64,000 nt of DNA, from assembly GCF_009914755.1 (NCBI RefSeq), contig NC_060931.1; one strand, written 5' to 3'. Made by a program: the position numbers and the translations under genes. The stretch's first letter is position 1; each line of letters starts with the position of its first letter. This stretch comes from the human T2T-CHM13v2.0 reference genome, Homo sapiens. This document shows, piece after piece, positions 1 through 21,704 of the stretch. The notes beneath the pieces are model-generated. The model saw nothing but the letters and a program-made list of their open reading frames with translations. It was not told where the DNA came from and did no database searches.

Positions 1-499
1 TTTTTGTCAATTGTTTTATACTGACTTTCTCATTAGCTTGCCAGCAATAAGCAAAAATAAAGCTAGGACTGTGTCAAAAATATTCACTGGCCCACATTCA
101 TCCTTCTTCAGCAGGTTTACTCCATAGTGTTCCCCATTCAGCTACTGTGCTGGCCAATGGAAACAGCGAGTCGTTGTCTGAAATGAAGAATAATTGGAAA
201 CATGGTGCCTGTTTCTTTTCCTGCAAATAACAATTCATCCATTTAACATTCTTTTGGTGCTCTTGAATTCTGTAGTAGACAGCCTTGTGTTCACTGTTCA
301 GTTGAGGCCCATTCGAGAAAAGCTAACCTTCTAGCCTGCTGTTGACCCTCCAATGGGAAACAGTGACAGCCATCAATGGCTTCTACATAGAGCTAGTGAC
401 ATGTGGCACTAGCAGCTTCATATAGGTAAATGGGCCTCAGGCTGGAAAATGCTAGGCTGGGAGGGATGGTAATAATGATAAAAGATTAAAATTCTGGCT

Positions 500-1265
<766 letters not shown>

Positions 1266-1274
1266 TCTATTCAT

Positions 1275-2066
<792 letters not shown>

Positions 2067-2937
2067 GTCTGTTCAATCGTTCCAGACTCTTGTTCCTATT
2101 TAATGCTTCTGGCCTTGAATTTGCTCATATTGGCACTCCTGCTTTTGTTTATTTTGTTTTGCTTTTTTCCTTTTTTGTTGTTATTTTTGGCAATCAGCTT
2201 TCTCAGGTTAAACACTCCTGCTTTTGGAGTTCCCTGACATATATCTGCCCAGTCATTTATTTGCAAACTTTCATAGTCACTTTCTTAGAGGTGAATTCCT
2301 TAGACATAGCTTAATTTTGTTTTGGCCCAATATAAAAGTTTGCCTTTTGACACAGAGATTCAACTCATTCACATTTTTAGTGGTAACTGATATTTTTTTA
2401 TTCTTTCCATTTTATTTTTACTGTGTATTATACTTCATTATTGTTTCCTTTCCTCCCTTTCCTTAGACTTACTGGCTTGATCATTTTAAGAAGGTATTTT
2501 CTTCTGTTGTTAAGTAGGAAGTTTTCTTCTGAAGCACTTGCTTCTCTTATATAAATAAATACCTTTCTTGACTGAATAAGCATATTCCTGTATCTCAGAG
2601 ATTCATTGTGAATATGTTGAAGAAGAAATACAATTTATTTCTTTACTAGTGAAATAATAAATAAGGTCATGGGCACCATGTAATAATTAAGGAAGATTAT
2701 ATTCCTCACTTCCTTCAACATCACACATAGACTGCAACAAATATCTCACTACTCCCTTAAGCAGGGCTGGAAATGAGCCCTGTCTTGATGGAGGTGCTGT
2801 GTGGCCAGCACTTCCTAGATTCCTTTAAGGTTCTACCTATTGAAGGAAGAAGGTCAGCTGTTATCCTAAAATTCTAAAGTCCACATGGAGAAGAATTATG
2901 ATGAGTATTCATCCATACACTTCTCTAACTCTACTGA

Positions 2938-3364
<427 letters not shown>

Positions 3365-3382
3365 GATTCTGTTATTTCTAAC

Positions 3383-3547
3383 ATTTATTTTTTATTTTTT
3401 AGAGACAAGGTCTCGCTCTGTCATCCAGGCTGGAGTGCAGTGGCACAACCATAGCTCACAGCAGTTTGAACTCCTGGTCTCAAGTAATCCTCCTGCCTCA
3501 ACCTCTTGAAGTGTTAGGATTACAGGCATGAGCCACCATGCCCAGCC
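3383..3547 (-). mobile_element. Alu monomer (FRAM/FAM-type)
   Basis: ~160-bp monomer with T-rich tail. Confidence 0.8.
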
Positions 3548-3873
3548 AAAAGAATTTTTATAACCTTTTTTCCATGGAAGGCTTGAGTTCTACAAAGTTT
3601 GTCATAGCTCTGTGAAGAACTTACATATGAAATGTAGCTCTAGATTACTTGGTGAAATTATTAATCCTTTTCTGATACTCTTACATGTACATAAATATAT
3701 TGCTTCTGAAAGAAACCTTTTTTCTTGTGTCTGGCTCCAAATTATACCTTCCCCTTCACGCTACAGCAGGACTCGTTCCCAAGAGCAATCACAGATCCTA
3801 AAATGAAGCAAATGGTGCAAATGTTACCATTTATGTAGAAATGTTGCTGTTTTTACCATGAGGAACAATATAA

Positions 3874-4230
<357 letters not shown>

Positions 4231-4916
4231 TTACTCAATGTCATTCTAATTTATTTCTTTCTTAAAATTATTATTTTAGATCCCTTTTGGGAATGGTTTG
4301 GTTACAAACTGGTAAACATTTTCATAAATCTTAGAATAATTCCATACAGAAAATTATTTGTACTCTACAAAAATATTTATTAAAATATACAATACATAAA
4401 TGACTTTCTATGTACAAGAAACTCTCCATCTTGAAACATTTGTGTTATAATATCTGTCCCTCGTGCTCTCTCTCAATATCAAGAGTACAGCAACACCCTT
4501 ACATGTCTGCCACTCACCATATATTTTGGGGGTAAATTGACAAATAATTAATTCTGCAGTTGGACGTTTTCCCCTTCCCATCACCATTATTTTCCTGCAA
4601 CTTTTCAGGCAAAGGGAGCAGAGCATGGTGTCACAGGAAGATAATGATAATAATTAATGTTAAATCCACTACTTCCTCCTCCTCTTAGGTATTTTCCCTC
4701 CAGTATTGATTATGAAAGAGGCTTAGCCTCACATCAGCCCTAGAAGAAGTGGGAGAAATTTGAGAATAAGAAAGAAAAGCATCTGATGAAAATAAAATTA
4801 TTATAGAAAACTATATATGCATAAACATGTTATCAGGTTTAAACATTAAAATGTATTGGTATTTAGTATGAGTTTAATGTTACTAGCTACTAACATCTAT
4901 TAAAAATTAGGCTTCA

Positions 4917-5638
<722 letters not shown>

Positions 5639-6071
5639 TCATAAATATGTTCATCAATAGAGTTAATAGAGTTCAAAACTGGTCTGGATTCAATATGTTG
5701 ACAAAATGCTTCAAACCTGGATACCAGTCCTGCAGTTGACACTGTATGATTGAATTTGGGAAAAACAGGTTCCCATAGCTTTCAGGAATAGGGTTTGAAA
5801 ATACTGGAATTGAAAAGCTTCAGTAAGAGAAGACAATGCTTACCACAGCCAAGCTGTCACTCTCTAATTATTTTTACTTTCACGTTATTTGGGCCCAAAG
5901 AACTAGATGAGGAATCAGGAGTTTACATAAACAAATCCCTGGAATATACAATTTAGCTTATCCTTTAGCATCTCTATTTTTCCTCCAGTTGAGTGAGAAG
6001 AAACCCTAAGACCAAACCTTATATCTTCCAGAAGCATTTTAAGGAATAACCATGTTTGAAAGATTTCTCTA

Positions 6072-6080
6072 ATGAGTCAT
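6072..6080. promoter_or_regulatory. AP-1 motif ATGAGTCAT
   Basis: Exact motif in unique sequence; function unknown. Confidence 0.25.
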
Positions 6081-6699
6081 ATAGAATTCTGTTACTATAG
6101 AGAGATTGTCTTCTTTGCTAAGAACAAATAGAGAATAAAGACTTACAAATAAATGAGTTGTTTTAAGAGTCTGTTTTATAGTGTCACCTTTTTGTGAAAT
6201 TCCCCATTATACTGCCACATTTTAATGTTCTTTTTCTCTGGCCTGGGCTTAGAGCAATGATCTGCCACTCTCATGTATGAACTATGCACTAGAGTACAGA
6301 AATATACATAATCTTTGCCTAGGGTATAATTTTAGTGGGCTGACGCAGCAGCACAAGAAAGGCTCTGAAACGCCATTGGGTTACACATGCATTGATCTTG
6401 ACAAATTCTATGTTATCAACGTGACCATGGCATACCTTGTGACTTTTTTGGTTGGTTTGCTTAAATGTCAATCAAATTTTAAGATAATTATGAGATGAAA
6501 TGCACTAGGGGACCTACCACACAGCATCAGGTGGATGTGGAGTGGTTTTGCTACTCATATAAAGTGAAATCCTGCAAAATAACACCCTCAAAGGAGCTGA
6601 ATGTAAAGGAGAAAGGGGAAGACAATATCTTATCATTAAAAATCAATCAGATATTTACTAAGTGCCTCTTCTGATGACTTCTTACGTTTCAGTGGCTAG

Positions 6700-6920
6700 C
6701 AGATCTTGGTTCACAAAATACTTTCACAGACATTATCTTATTTGATCCTCCCAACAACCGGTAAGGTAAGAGAGGAAATCTGAAAATGAGGAAATGGCAA
6801 CTCTGAGACTTAAGTGCTTTCTGAGGACCTATACTCAGCTTGACGGGGGTGGGGAGCATTGGAACTGCCCAGGTCTCCAAATACTCTGTCCTGTAATCAT
6901 TCCCTCTTGATCACCCACTA
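6700..6920 (-). mobile_element. MIR
   Basis: 'ttatttgatcctcccaacaacc...gaggaaat...' MIR-like. Confidence 0.6.
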
Positions 6921-7619
6921 TTGTACTCCTTCATTCTCTGTCTGGTCCTGTGGAGGAGTCCAAAGAAATTGGAAGGCGTAAATCTTGCCCTCAGGGAGAT
7001 TCTGCTCTAGATGAGAGAATGCAAGTTTTCGTAATAAAAACAACAGAGAATTATTAAGTGTTAAACCGTATGAAACAGGCTACAAATATAGTAACAGATT
7101 ATTTTCACTGGAAAATAAGATGCTATAAATTGTACCCAATGGCCTGAAAAATGTATGTGCAGGTGCCTGAGAATAGTGGTCAACTCAATGTTTCTGAAGT
7201 TTTCCAGCCAGGCAATCAATGTTTTCCTAGAGAAGTCTCATGGTTAATTCTTGACTAGGAGAAAAGCCAACAAGCACTATCTTGCCCAGCTCTTTGGTGA
7301 CACATGGTTGCTTCTAAGAGCCAATTCTTGAATCTTTGAATTCTTTTTAGCCTCTGTTGTGCCTCAGACTGAGAACAGGAAGCTTGTGGGAACCAGTCCC
7401 GGCCCTGGTACCTTGTTGCATCCTCTAAACGATCAGTGGAGGCCACCGAGGAAATTGCCTGTTCACCTCCTCCTAGTTATCTAGTTTGCAAACGGAGTAA
7501 AGAAGAAGAGTTACTTTTTTTTTTTAAGCTGCCTTGAGGTGGGAGAATGGACACATTTGTTCTCTACTCAGAGAGACCGTAGACTTCAAGGGTCTGCAGG
7601 GACTCTGTGATCACTTTTC

Positions 7620-7779
7620 TTTCTTTTTTTAGTTTTTTTAGAGACAGGGTCTCACTATGTGACTATTCACAGGCATGATCACAGGCATGACTACAGTGTC
7701 AAACTCCTGGGCTCAAGCAATCCTCCCAACTCCGCCTCCCTAGTAGCTGTGACTATAGGTGTGCACCACTGTGCCTGGC
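7620..7779 (-). mobile_element. FAM (fossil Alu monomer)
   Basis: 7SL-like 'ctattcacaggcatgatc' segment in a monomeric Alu; internal 12-bp tandem duplication tcacaggcatga. Confidence 0.75.
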
Positions 7780-8021
7780 TTTATTTTCTAATGTCTTAAT
7801 GCTCAAACCTAAAATTCTCCAAATCCATATTTGTTTCAGATGCAAAATTCTATTCCAAATATCTGTTCTTTGTTTTTTTCAGCAGAGCAAGCCTGTCCTT
7901 AGAAACAGCTGCAGGCCAGTCACTGTCTCTCCCTGTCTTTATCTTCCCTGCTGAGTGGCATGTTGCTTGCAAGGCCCCATGGGGACTTCCAAAGCCTTCC
8001 ATAAATGACTGGCAGTAATAC

Positions 8022-8316
<295 letters not shown>

Positions 8317-8786
8317 AGCAATACTTTTTTAAAGATGCACACACCCAGCCAGGTTCACCAGTATTATGGATGTTTCTGTGTAGTCTTCTCCAAAATGCTA
8401 ATTTGCTGAAGTGTCCATGGGAATAGGCCAACACGGATGGATCTACTGTATAACTTGCCTGCCATCAGGAAAGAGTCAACACGGCAGACACATGCTGGCA
8501 GAAACCCTGCTGGAGTTGCCCCTGAGCATTGATGCATACCACCCGAGAGGAGGAGAGGGTGGTGGGAGAAATCAGATCAGAGTTCAGAATGCACCGTAAT
8601 GCTCTGTAAATGTAAGACTGCACCTTGCAGGAACTGTCAATGCCACTACCAATATCACTCACTTACATCAAGCACTTGAGAGCAGCTGCGAACACAATTC
8701 TCTGACTCCTAACCTTAAGCACGTGACTGGTACCACTGGACAACCTATGTTCTCAAAGATGCATCTTTTAAACTACTTTCCCTAGG

Positions 8787-9118
<332 letters not shown>

Positions 9119-9121
9119 TTA

Positions 9122-9132
9122 TGCTGAGTCAC
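9122..9132. promoter_or_regulatory. ARE/MARE motif TGCTGAGTCAC (NRF2/BACH-sMAF consensus)
   Basis: Exact match to RTGACTCAGCA on the minus strand. Confidence 0.35.
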
Positions 9133-9149
9133 TCAAGCTTTCATTTCAT

Positions 9150-9370
9150 CCAGGGGTTGTGAACATAGATTCTGGAACCAGCTCTGTCACATACTAGCCG
9201 TATGACCTTGGGAAAATTACCTAAAAATTCTCCATGCCTTCAATTCCCGTGTGTGAAATGGTGATAATTATACCAGCTACCCCATAAAGTTGTTTTGAGG
9301 CTTAGAGATGTAAAGAGCTTAGAACATGGCCTAGCACGTATTTTGTACCATGTAAGTGGTATTTTCATTT
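9150..9370 (+). mobile_element. MIR
   Basis: 'cagctctgtcacatactagccgtatgaccttggg...gtgaaatgg'. Confidence 0.75.
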
Positions 9371-9401
9371 GTTCTTCTAATATTAATTTAAAACATCTGT
9401 G

Positions 9402-10015
<614 letters not shown>

Positions 10016-10029
10016 AACAAAACCTCTGC

Positions 10030-10560
10030 TCTGGACGCTGCTAGGTGTTGAGAGGTAAAAACAAATAACATGCAGTAGGTTCCCTCAGTGGGCTTACGGT
10101 CTGTTTTATTACTTTACTGTCACTGTTTTATTTACTTTGCCTAGCACGCCAGTTGCAAAGTACTCAATAAATGTTTCTGAACGTATGATTGTCTTGTGGA
10201 AACAGGCAAGCATACCAATAACTTCAATGAAATGACAGGATGTAACTGTGCCTGGCCCATAGTAAGTGTCTGGTACCATATAAGCATTAGCTATCTTAAT
10301 TATGAGTTTAGTAGAATAAATGCTGAGATTGAGTGTGCGGGCTGAAGGTTGAGGGTGAGGAGGTAGAAGTGCACTCAGGGAAGTCTTCCAAGAGGCAGTA
10401 TCATTGAGCTTAGTTTTGATCAGCGTGTAGGCGTTAGCCAGTAAGAGAAGAGGGCTAAGTGTGTTCCAGGCAGAAGGAACATTGTGTGCAGAGTTAGAGA
10501 GGCGTGAAATAGCACAATACATTCAGGGAACTCCGAGTAGGCAAGAAGGACTGGAGCGCC
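10030..10560 (-). mobile_element. L2 fragments with interspersed MIR/L2 tails
   Basis: 'gtgttccaggcagaaggaacattgtgtgcaga'; 'tactcaataaatgt'. Confidence 0.55.
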
Positions 10561-10920
10561 ATCCTTATTGTGACATCCAGCATGCATTTGTTAAATGAGT
10601 GTTTGAGATTAGAAGCTGTGGGATGAAACAAAACAAATGAGACATTGCTTGTGTTATTCTGGCCTTCAGCATTGAACTAAATAAGCAGTCATGGACGAAG
10701 TGGCCAGAGGATTTGTTCAGTGTCATACTTGCTCTGGTACAAATGCTATATACTTTCCTACCGCACAGTCAGCCTCTTCTTGTCCTCTGCTAGAGGAAGT
10801 AAATTCACTTCATTTGTCTTTTTTTTTTTTTTCCAAAACAACTGAGATAAATTACAATAAAGTTGAGGAGACTGTAGTGTAGGTGAAGATGTTTTTGCAT
10901 AGTAACGTATTGCTCTAGAG

Positions 10921-11492
<572 letters not shown>

Positions 11493-11764
11493 CTAGATTC
11501 TTCTCTTCTAATCTGATAAATAACAACCACCTAAATATTTAAAACAAGGTATTGGGTTGGTTCAGAGTCAATGTGGTAAACAATAGGTTATCGAATTTTA
11601 AAAATTCACCATTAAGGAGAAAGAAGATTGCACATACGTTACCCATAAAGTGTGTGATAAACATGAATAAATAAATAAACATAGTTTCTACGATTGGCTT
11701 TTGAATTTGGCTCTGAGCTTCCTAGCCATGGGGGGCGTTGGGGGGAAGAAGATAATTGATCACC

Positions 11765-12275
11765 TGTATTAGTTACCTGTTACTTCATAACAAACCATCT
11801 TAAAATTGCATGGCATATAACAGCTACCATTTACTATTTCTCGAGTCTGTGAATTGGCTGAGAGGTTCTGCTGATCTGGGCTGGGCCCAGCTGACCACAG
11901 TGGGCTTGCTCACACATTTGTGATCAGCTGGTATGTTCGCTTGGAGCTGGCTGGTCTAAAATGGCTTCAGCTGGAGTGGCTCATCTTGACTCCACAGGAT
12001 GTCTCATCCTCCAGCCGGCTAGCCTGGACTTGTTCGCATAGCCCTGGCAGGTTTCAGAGGAGAGCCGAAGCACACACTTGAGGCTTAGGCTTGGAACTGG
12101 AACACCATTATTTCAATTACATTCTAGTGGCCAAAGCCAGCCAAAAGGCAGGCCCAGACTCAAGGAATGTAGAAACAGACTCCAGCTCTTGATGGGAGGA
12201 GCTGCAAAGTCACATTGCAAGGGGCAGGGAAACAGGAGGGACAGAATTGAGGCCATGTTTGAAATCACAAACAAT
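11765..12275 (-). mobile_element. MLT1H-type MaLR LTR
   Basis: 'tgtattagtta...gctggctggtctaaaatggcttcagctgg...gatgggaggagctgcaaagtcacattgcaa'. Confidence 0.8.
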
Positions 12276-14402
12276 CAATCATCATCTAAAACAGCGTGTA
12301 TTCCAACCACAAAATTTTAAAAGTCATCTCTGTGGTCTAAAGCGGAAAGAACGAGTCATCATACATCAGTCTATTCAGCCCCACCCACAGATATGAATCA
12401 TCAGTGTCTTCAGCTAAGAGGACCACTATCTTCTAGCTAATGACAAATACAGAGGAGGGGTGGAAAGAAGTCTGTTGGAAATGTGTACATATCACATGAG
12501 ACCCAGACCCATATTCAAATACCACTTGATGAATTTCACCAGGGAATCAGACTCAGTTTTAATGGGTTAAAGGGATACGGAAAATCATTGTCACAGATGT
12601 AAGCAATAACTCAACTAAACATCAGCTTTTGAGGCTCAACCCTAAACAGACCTACAATATTCTGGCTGATTCCCATTTGCCTCCACTTTCATCATTGGGT
12701 GGTGGTAAAATTGGTCACTGTATTCAAAGATCATATCACTACCTATGGATATGGATGTGATTGAAATGACAGACAGGGGAGAATTTTTTTTAACTTACTA
12801 GCCATGTAATGATTTTTTAAAATTTATTGCTAGAAAATCTTCACTATTACCAAACTTGCCTCAATAAATGATGTTACGTATAAATAGCAACAGCGATGTC
12901 AGAAGACCTCCTTAGCATTTCTTTTCCTGGTATGATATGGCTGTCTGTAAGAAGAGAGTAAACATAGATAGCTCTTGCTTCTTACGGTATTTCAGAATCC
13001 CCCTAGAAGTTTTTTATATTAAAAAACAAACAAAAAAAAAACACAAAACTCCCAAACCACCCAGACAAACCCACCCAGCCTAGGTATGAGAATGTTCTTT
13101 CAGGCCTAGAGCCAGTCAGGGTCCTTAGCTTTGTTTGCAAGATGCCAGTGCCTTTATACTCAGACTTCGTGGAGCTGCCACCATACTTCTGTAGTAATAG
13201 CAGTAGTGAGTGGGGAGGTACATGACAGAATTTAGAGAACTATTAGACGCCCGTTGACTCAGACATCAGGACCACCTGTGAATGGAAATATCTTTCAACT
13301 TAGATATAATAAAAAGGAACGGAGCTGTTGATGTTATTGAGGAGGTGGAAACAAAACCTTCAGGATGCTTGAAGATAACTGGTTTATAGGAGGGCTGGGG
13401 GCAAAGGGCTGTCTTAGGAAGAACAAATGATGCTTCCAAAATTTGAGTGCAGAAAATCAGAAGTTAACCTTGGGTGGGTCACAAGGTTAAATGTAATGAA
13501 GGCTAAGTGTGACAAGGTTAAATGACATAACATATATAAAATACCTGGTGGGTTACTTAGAAGAGTACACCTCAAAAATGTTGGTTCCCTCCATCTCTCT
13601 GGATCCCCCACCCCCTTAAGGATTTCTTAAAAAACGAAAAACCTGCCAGCCAGCTGCCACTGGAAAGATGTCAAGTAGGATAAGCTGCTGATAGGTGGTA
13701 ACAACAAAATCCACATCCAGGTGGATGGAGCAGGGGGATGTCACCTCTCCTGCCCCTCCCCTAATTACAAGTTGGAGGCAGCATAAAGACATTCCTTCCT
13801 TCCTGCAGAGGAAGTATGTGTTTTCTCTCAGACCTACCTTGGCATTCCTTGATGTCTTAGAGAAGCAGATGACCCCGGCTGAGCAAGACAGTCAGCAGAA
13901 CAGCAGCCCTCGATGCTGCAATTGGAAATTTCCATTCTTTGCTTGCAGCTCTGAAAAAAAAAAAAAAATCTAAAGAGCCCAGTAGCTGGGAAATTTCCAT
14001 GATGGAAAATTTTAACATATTCTTTAGCTCTAAACTATGCAGGTTTATAGAGACTATTTTTTTTTCTTTTGGTAATTTTCTTCTTTAACAATAATTTATG
14101 ATCATTGTAACACTACAGCTGTGGGAATAAGGAGAACAAAATGAGTTGGAGGGGAATGGGTATGGTTCAGGCTAGTGGGAGGCTGTGCTATCTACTTGTG
14201 TGACCACCCAAATAATAGAAATGCAGATTGCTATAAGACCCACTGGTTGGGAATTCATCCAAAATAGAGATAGCTTGCCCTGGAGCACTGCAGAGAAATC
14301 TGTGTAGAGACTGGTAGTGGAAAATGGATGGATAACAACTTCAGACCAGGACATGGGGAGTTCTGTTGCTGGAAAAAGCAACTCAGGCAGGTCTGTTAGA
14401 CC

Positions 14403-14556
14403 ACTGCTATTTAAACCTAAAACTGCATACAAATCACCTGGGAACCTTGTTGAGCTACAGATTCTGATTCAATAGCCCTGGAGTGAGGACCGAGACTCTC
14501 TGCTCCCAGGTGACGCTGATGCTGCCCTTCTGAGGACCACGCTGTGACTAGCTAGG
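14403..14556. mobile_element. MER5A1/MER5-type hAT MITE
   Basis: 'aatcacctgggaaccttgtt...cagattctgattca...cccaggtgacgctgatgctgc'. Confidence 0.75.
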
Positions 14557-15179
14557 CCATAGATAGCAGGTCTTCATCAGTATAAGGTCAGCTCGCCTTG
14601 GGTAGCAAAACACTGCCTAAGGGCAGCTGGAGGTGAGCCCCCGTGGGGTTGTTTGCTCAGATTACAAAGCTAAGGTCTAAAAGTAGAACTGGATGTTTTC
14701 TGGAGAGATGCTCCACGCAAGTCTGGATAAAGTGGATCTCTTGAGATGTGGGAATGCAAGCAGTTGCCAGAAGGCTGCTTACTCCAGCAGATTCAAGTTG
14801 GGGGCTTCTAGAAATCAATGCCTTTCCAGAGAAACTCTTGCATCAATCCGGCGAAGATTCCTAAGTTGGTCCTGATTTCTGAGTGATTCTCCAGTGTTGT
14901 GGTGTGTGAGTGAAACACCAATGAACCAGCTCCAAATATTGAGGGAAGACTGTTGGTCAGGATGATGTGAAGGAGAGAAGGAGTACAGAGAATAAATTAC
15001 TTCCACCCTAGCTAGAATAGCTGCCTCATTTTTATTGAGATAAAATAAAAAGGAAATTGAAGAATTTTCCATTTACTTAACAGTTATCTTGCCTTCGTGT
15101 TACCAATTTTACAAGGAGAGAGAAAGATAAAAATCTGTGGCATCTTCATTTCAGGGTGTTACCTCCAATTGGTCTGTAA

Positions 15180-15513
<334 letters not shown>

Positions 15514-15518
15514 CTGCT

Positions 15519-16233
<715 letters not shown>

Positions 16234-16739
16234 TGCTGTGTATATTTTTAAAGCAACATTTGTCCTATGTTTTTTGTCTTCCATTCACTTGAGTTTTGGA
16301 TGGGTTGTTACTACTACCCAAAGTACACACAGGAGCATATGAAGAAAAGGAGAGGGATATTATGAAAATGTGATGTTGAAATCAGTGTAACAAGCATAGA
16401 ATTAATTTGAGTATATAATAAAAAGTATTAAAATATATATTGGAAGTAAATGAGTATTCTAATATGCTAACTTCCATATAACAGTTACAAAATTTAAATG
16501 GCTTACAGAATTGTTTAGGGATTTGGACCTCCAGAAATTGGTTAATATTTTCCCTTGCAAAAATCTTCACTGTGGAGTCAAGGTATGATTCAGCAATGAA
16601 ACAGTCTTTCTGATTACTTATGTAAGGCGATCAGTTTGTTTGTTTTTTTCCTTACTATATGTCTTGTTGAGCAATTATTTATCTAGGAACCATCTTACAA
16701 CCTATAGTCAACCCAATGGAATTTACTAAATCCATCTAA

Positions 16740-17780
<1,041 letters not shown>

Positions 17781-17829
17781 TAAAGTCACATCTTCTTAAT
17801 AAACATCATAATTATAAAAATCTAATGTT

Positions 17830-18030
17830 AATGAGTGCATATAACAGGTGAGATATTTAATCCTTACAAGCTTATAAATGGGTATCATTATTAGATAGAG
17901 AAGAAAACTAGAATTTAGCTTAAATCAATACATTAAATCCATATGCTTGAGATCCATACATACGGCCAGAGAATAACCTTTGGCCAGACCCAGTTACTCT
18001 AGTGCTCTTTCCAAATGCCACAGCCGCATC
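17830..18030 (-). mobile_element. MIR (degenerate)
   Basis: 'tttaatccttacaa...gtatcattatt'. Confidence 0.4.
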
Positions 18031-18622
18031 TCAATTTTCATTTCCCTTATCACAAACAGATGGATAGATACTCCTTCTCAAGCTTAACAACTTCACAGAG
18101 CTTGATTCAAATACTGAATGTGTTGCTAGTTGCTTACAGCTGCTATTTCTCTAGCAGTGCAGTAAGTCCAGGCAAACTCTTTTGAAGAGCTCATTAAAAC
18201 TGCTAAAATAAAGTCTTAGAAGCAGGTGCATTCATTAGCTGAAATGCAGACGATTATGTTAATATCGCATTCAGGTGACAAATTTAAAGGCATCAAATCA
18301 TGAAGGATAAAAGGATTTTCAAAGCTAAAGTTAACTTCTCCCTTTGTAGAGCTCTTTGTTCTGGTAAGCATGTGACTGACTACAGCTGTCAACACGGGCA
18401 CCTCCAAAGTTATCTCGCAAAAACAAAGGTGTTTTGCAGTATCATACTTCTTTTACAATTTCCTGGGTCTCTACTGAGGAAAAGAAAGGTAAGGAATTAC
18501 CTACAAACCTGGTGCTATTTTTCAAATAGGAGATCTGGCACCCCATTTACAATTTATCATCAGATTGGTCTCAGGGGAAGAGGAGACGCGTTAAAGAAGG
18601 TGATTAAAATATGTGGACAGTG

Positions 18623-18985
<363 letters not shown>

Positions 18986-19064
18986 TCAATATTTTGAGCA
19001 TGAAATATATATGTAACCACATACATATTTCATATGTGTTTGGGAGACTGTTAATAGTAGTTTC

Positions 19065-19366
<302 letters not shown>

Positions 19367-20589
19367 CCAGTAGTTTCATCAGGATAATTTTAATTTTCTT
19401 TTTTGTGTATATTTTTATATTTCCCAAATTTTCTACAATGAATATGTAAATTTTTTAGAAACTTTAAATGTAATTTTTTTATTAAAATTTATTTTTGAAT
19501 TTGTAATTTTTCAAGTTATTAAAAATTATCACTTAGCCTCTCCACATTCAGTTGTTTTACCTATAAAGTTGGGTTACTACTGAATTGCATAGCACATGGA
19601 AGCTGGATGAGATGTTTCCCCATATTCCATTCCTCCTCTCAAATCCAGGATGTCTGTGGAAATGTGGGTTCCTCTTTAGAAGGCAATATAAGAAAATGCA
19701 GCTAGGTATCCAACCATTTATAAGAATATATAAACAAGCTTAAGGATTTTTATGTCTTTCTTCAGAACGTCAATCAAGTGGGCATTCATCAAAGCGAATG
19801 TGTCTGTCACTCGCAAAGGAAAAAAGGCTGAACAACCTTTTTAGGCCAAATCTACTTATTTATTTATTTATTATACAAAAAAGTCTGTGAAGGCTTTGTA
19901 AGCTAATACTCGACACATTCATTTTTTTTTTCCAAAACGGTGTGCTAAAATGACTGCTGACTGCAAAATGTAAATAATGAAGCTGCCATAGAGTGGCACC
20001 TACTTATGGGGCATGTTTGCATAGAATGTGTGTGTGTTTGCTAAATAGCTTGTAATTAACAAGCTGAAAGGCTGCTTGTACAGTGTAGTAGTCCTATTTT
20101 TGCCTGCTGTCCTCTTCAGCTCTTCTCCTTCTAGCTTGCTCTGTACATTATCACTTGCTCTTTTCTCTATACAATTTAGAAGCCCATTGGCCCCCATTTA
20201 AAAAGAAAAGCAACATGTAAATCAGGAAAAAAAAATCCCCATTGGGAATGGGTTGGGTAAGCAAAGAATTCTATATAGATGTATACATATACACCCCTCT
20301 CCCTGGTCAAGAATGGCCTCGCTGAATCCCTGTTCCAAATGCCGTGACAAGTCTCATTAGCTGGAGCTCATTGTGTGCAGCTCCTTTGACTGCTGGACAG
20401 CTCCGAGTCTCCTAGGAATACTTTTCCACACGCCCCATCCTCCTCTGTTTAATTCTCAGAGCTGGCACACACACAAAGGTTTCAGAATCAAGACAAAGTG
20501 AAGAACATGGCCAGAAGAGACTCCTGTTCTTCCAAAATAGTGCATTACTATCATAAGATTAGAGGGTAAACTTCAGAGCACAGGCTTGA

Positions 20590-20769
20590 TTGTTTGATTG
20601 ATTGATTTTTTTTTGAGACAGGGTCTCGCTTTGTTGCCCAGGCTGAAGTGCAGTGGCACAGTCATGGCTCTCTGCAGCCTTGACCTCTTGGGCTCGAGCA
20701 ATCCTCCCACTTCAGCCCCCTGAATAGCTGGGACTACAAATGCGTGCCACCATGCCCAGTTAATTAAAA

Positions 20770-20821
<52 letters not shown>

Positions 20822-20940
20822 TTGTAAAGACAGAGTCTCATTATGTTGCCCAGGCTGGTCTCCAACTCCTGGGCTCAAGCAACTCCCACCTCAGCCTCCC
20901 AAAGTGCTGGGGTTACAGGCATGAACCACTGCACCTGGCC
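20590..20940 (-). mobile_element. AluJ with (TAT)n expansion in the middle linker (20771-20820)
   Basis: Antisense dimer; ~16 ATT units in the linker. Confidence 0.93.
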
Positions 20941-21237
20941 AAGAACACAGGATTGAAAGATGAACTTGAGAGGTCTCCCTAGTCAAGTTTCCTTTAAATG
21001 GATGCTCTCTTCTAGAGCATGCCTGATAGTCATCCAGCCTGACCTTGGATAATCATCCAGCCTGACCTTGAAATTTTCCAATGACACAAACTCTCTTTCA
21101 TTTTCCCACTTTTATATAGAGTACTAACAGTAATAACCTAATAGTATAACTAATAGTATAACCACAATGCCAAAAAAGAAAAAAAAAGTATGAGTGATTT
21201 CTAATCTAATACTGCCAGCATTTTAAAAATCAGCATG

Positions 21238-21393
21238 TTTTTTTTTTAAGACAATGTCTGGCTCTATTGCCCAGGCTGGAGTGCAGTGGCACCATCTCAG
21301 GTCTGCAACCTCTGCCTCCCAGGCTCAAGCTGTCCTCCCACCTCGGCCTCCTGAGTAGCTGGGACAACAGGCCCACACCACCACACTGGACTA
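21238..21393 (-). mobile_element. Alu right-monomer insertion (FRAM-like)
   Basis: Right arm only; TSD ttttaaaaa(t/g)cagc. Confidence 0.85.
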
Positions 21394-21704
21394 ATTTTAA
21401 AAAGCAGCTATTTTAAAATTTCTGTTATTGAGCCAGAATCCAGGATGCAGTGAGAGTGAATCATTGACTGAAAGACACTTAGAAGGTTTTATTGGTCTGT
21501 GGTATTCATCACACCACAAAGGCCAGGCCCTGAAAAGGAAAACTGTGTAAAGAATGTATAAGCCTCAACACCACAGTGTTGTCCAAGTCTATTCCTAATT
21601 CATCCTGCTTTGTTGCTCTGACACCTGTACCACAAAAGAAAATTTCTGAGATTATCTTACCTAGGAACCTTGTCTTAAACTATATTCCAGCATGTACAAA
21701 CACT

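Noticed and set aside
8411-8599. 62-aa non-repeat ORF (MSMGIGQHG...QNAP)
   Set aside because: Starts at GTG, is short and has no homology I can identify; kept only as a weak exon candidate in findings.
19797-19920. 9-bp inverted repeat GAATGTGTC/GACACATTC
   Set aside because: Too short to exceed chance; no TSD or MITE structure.
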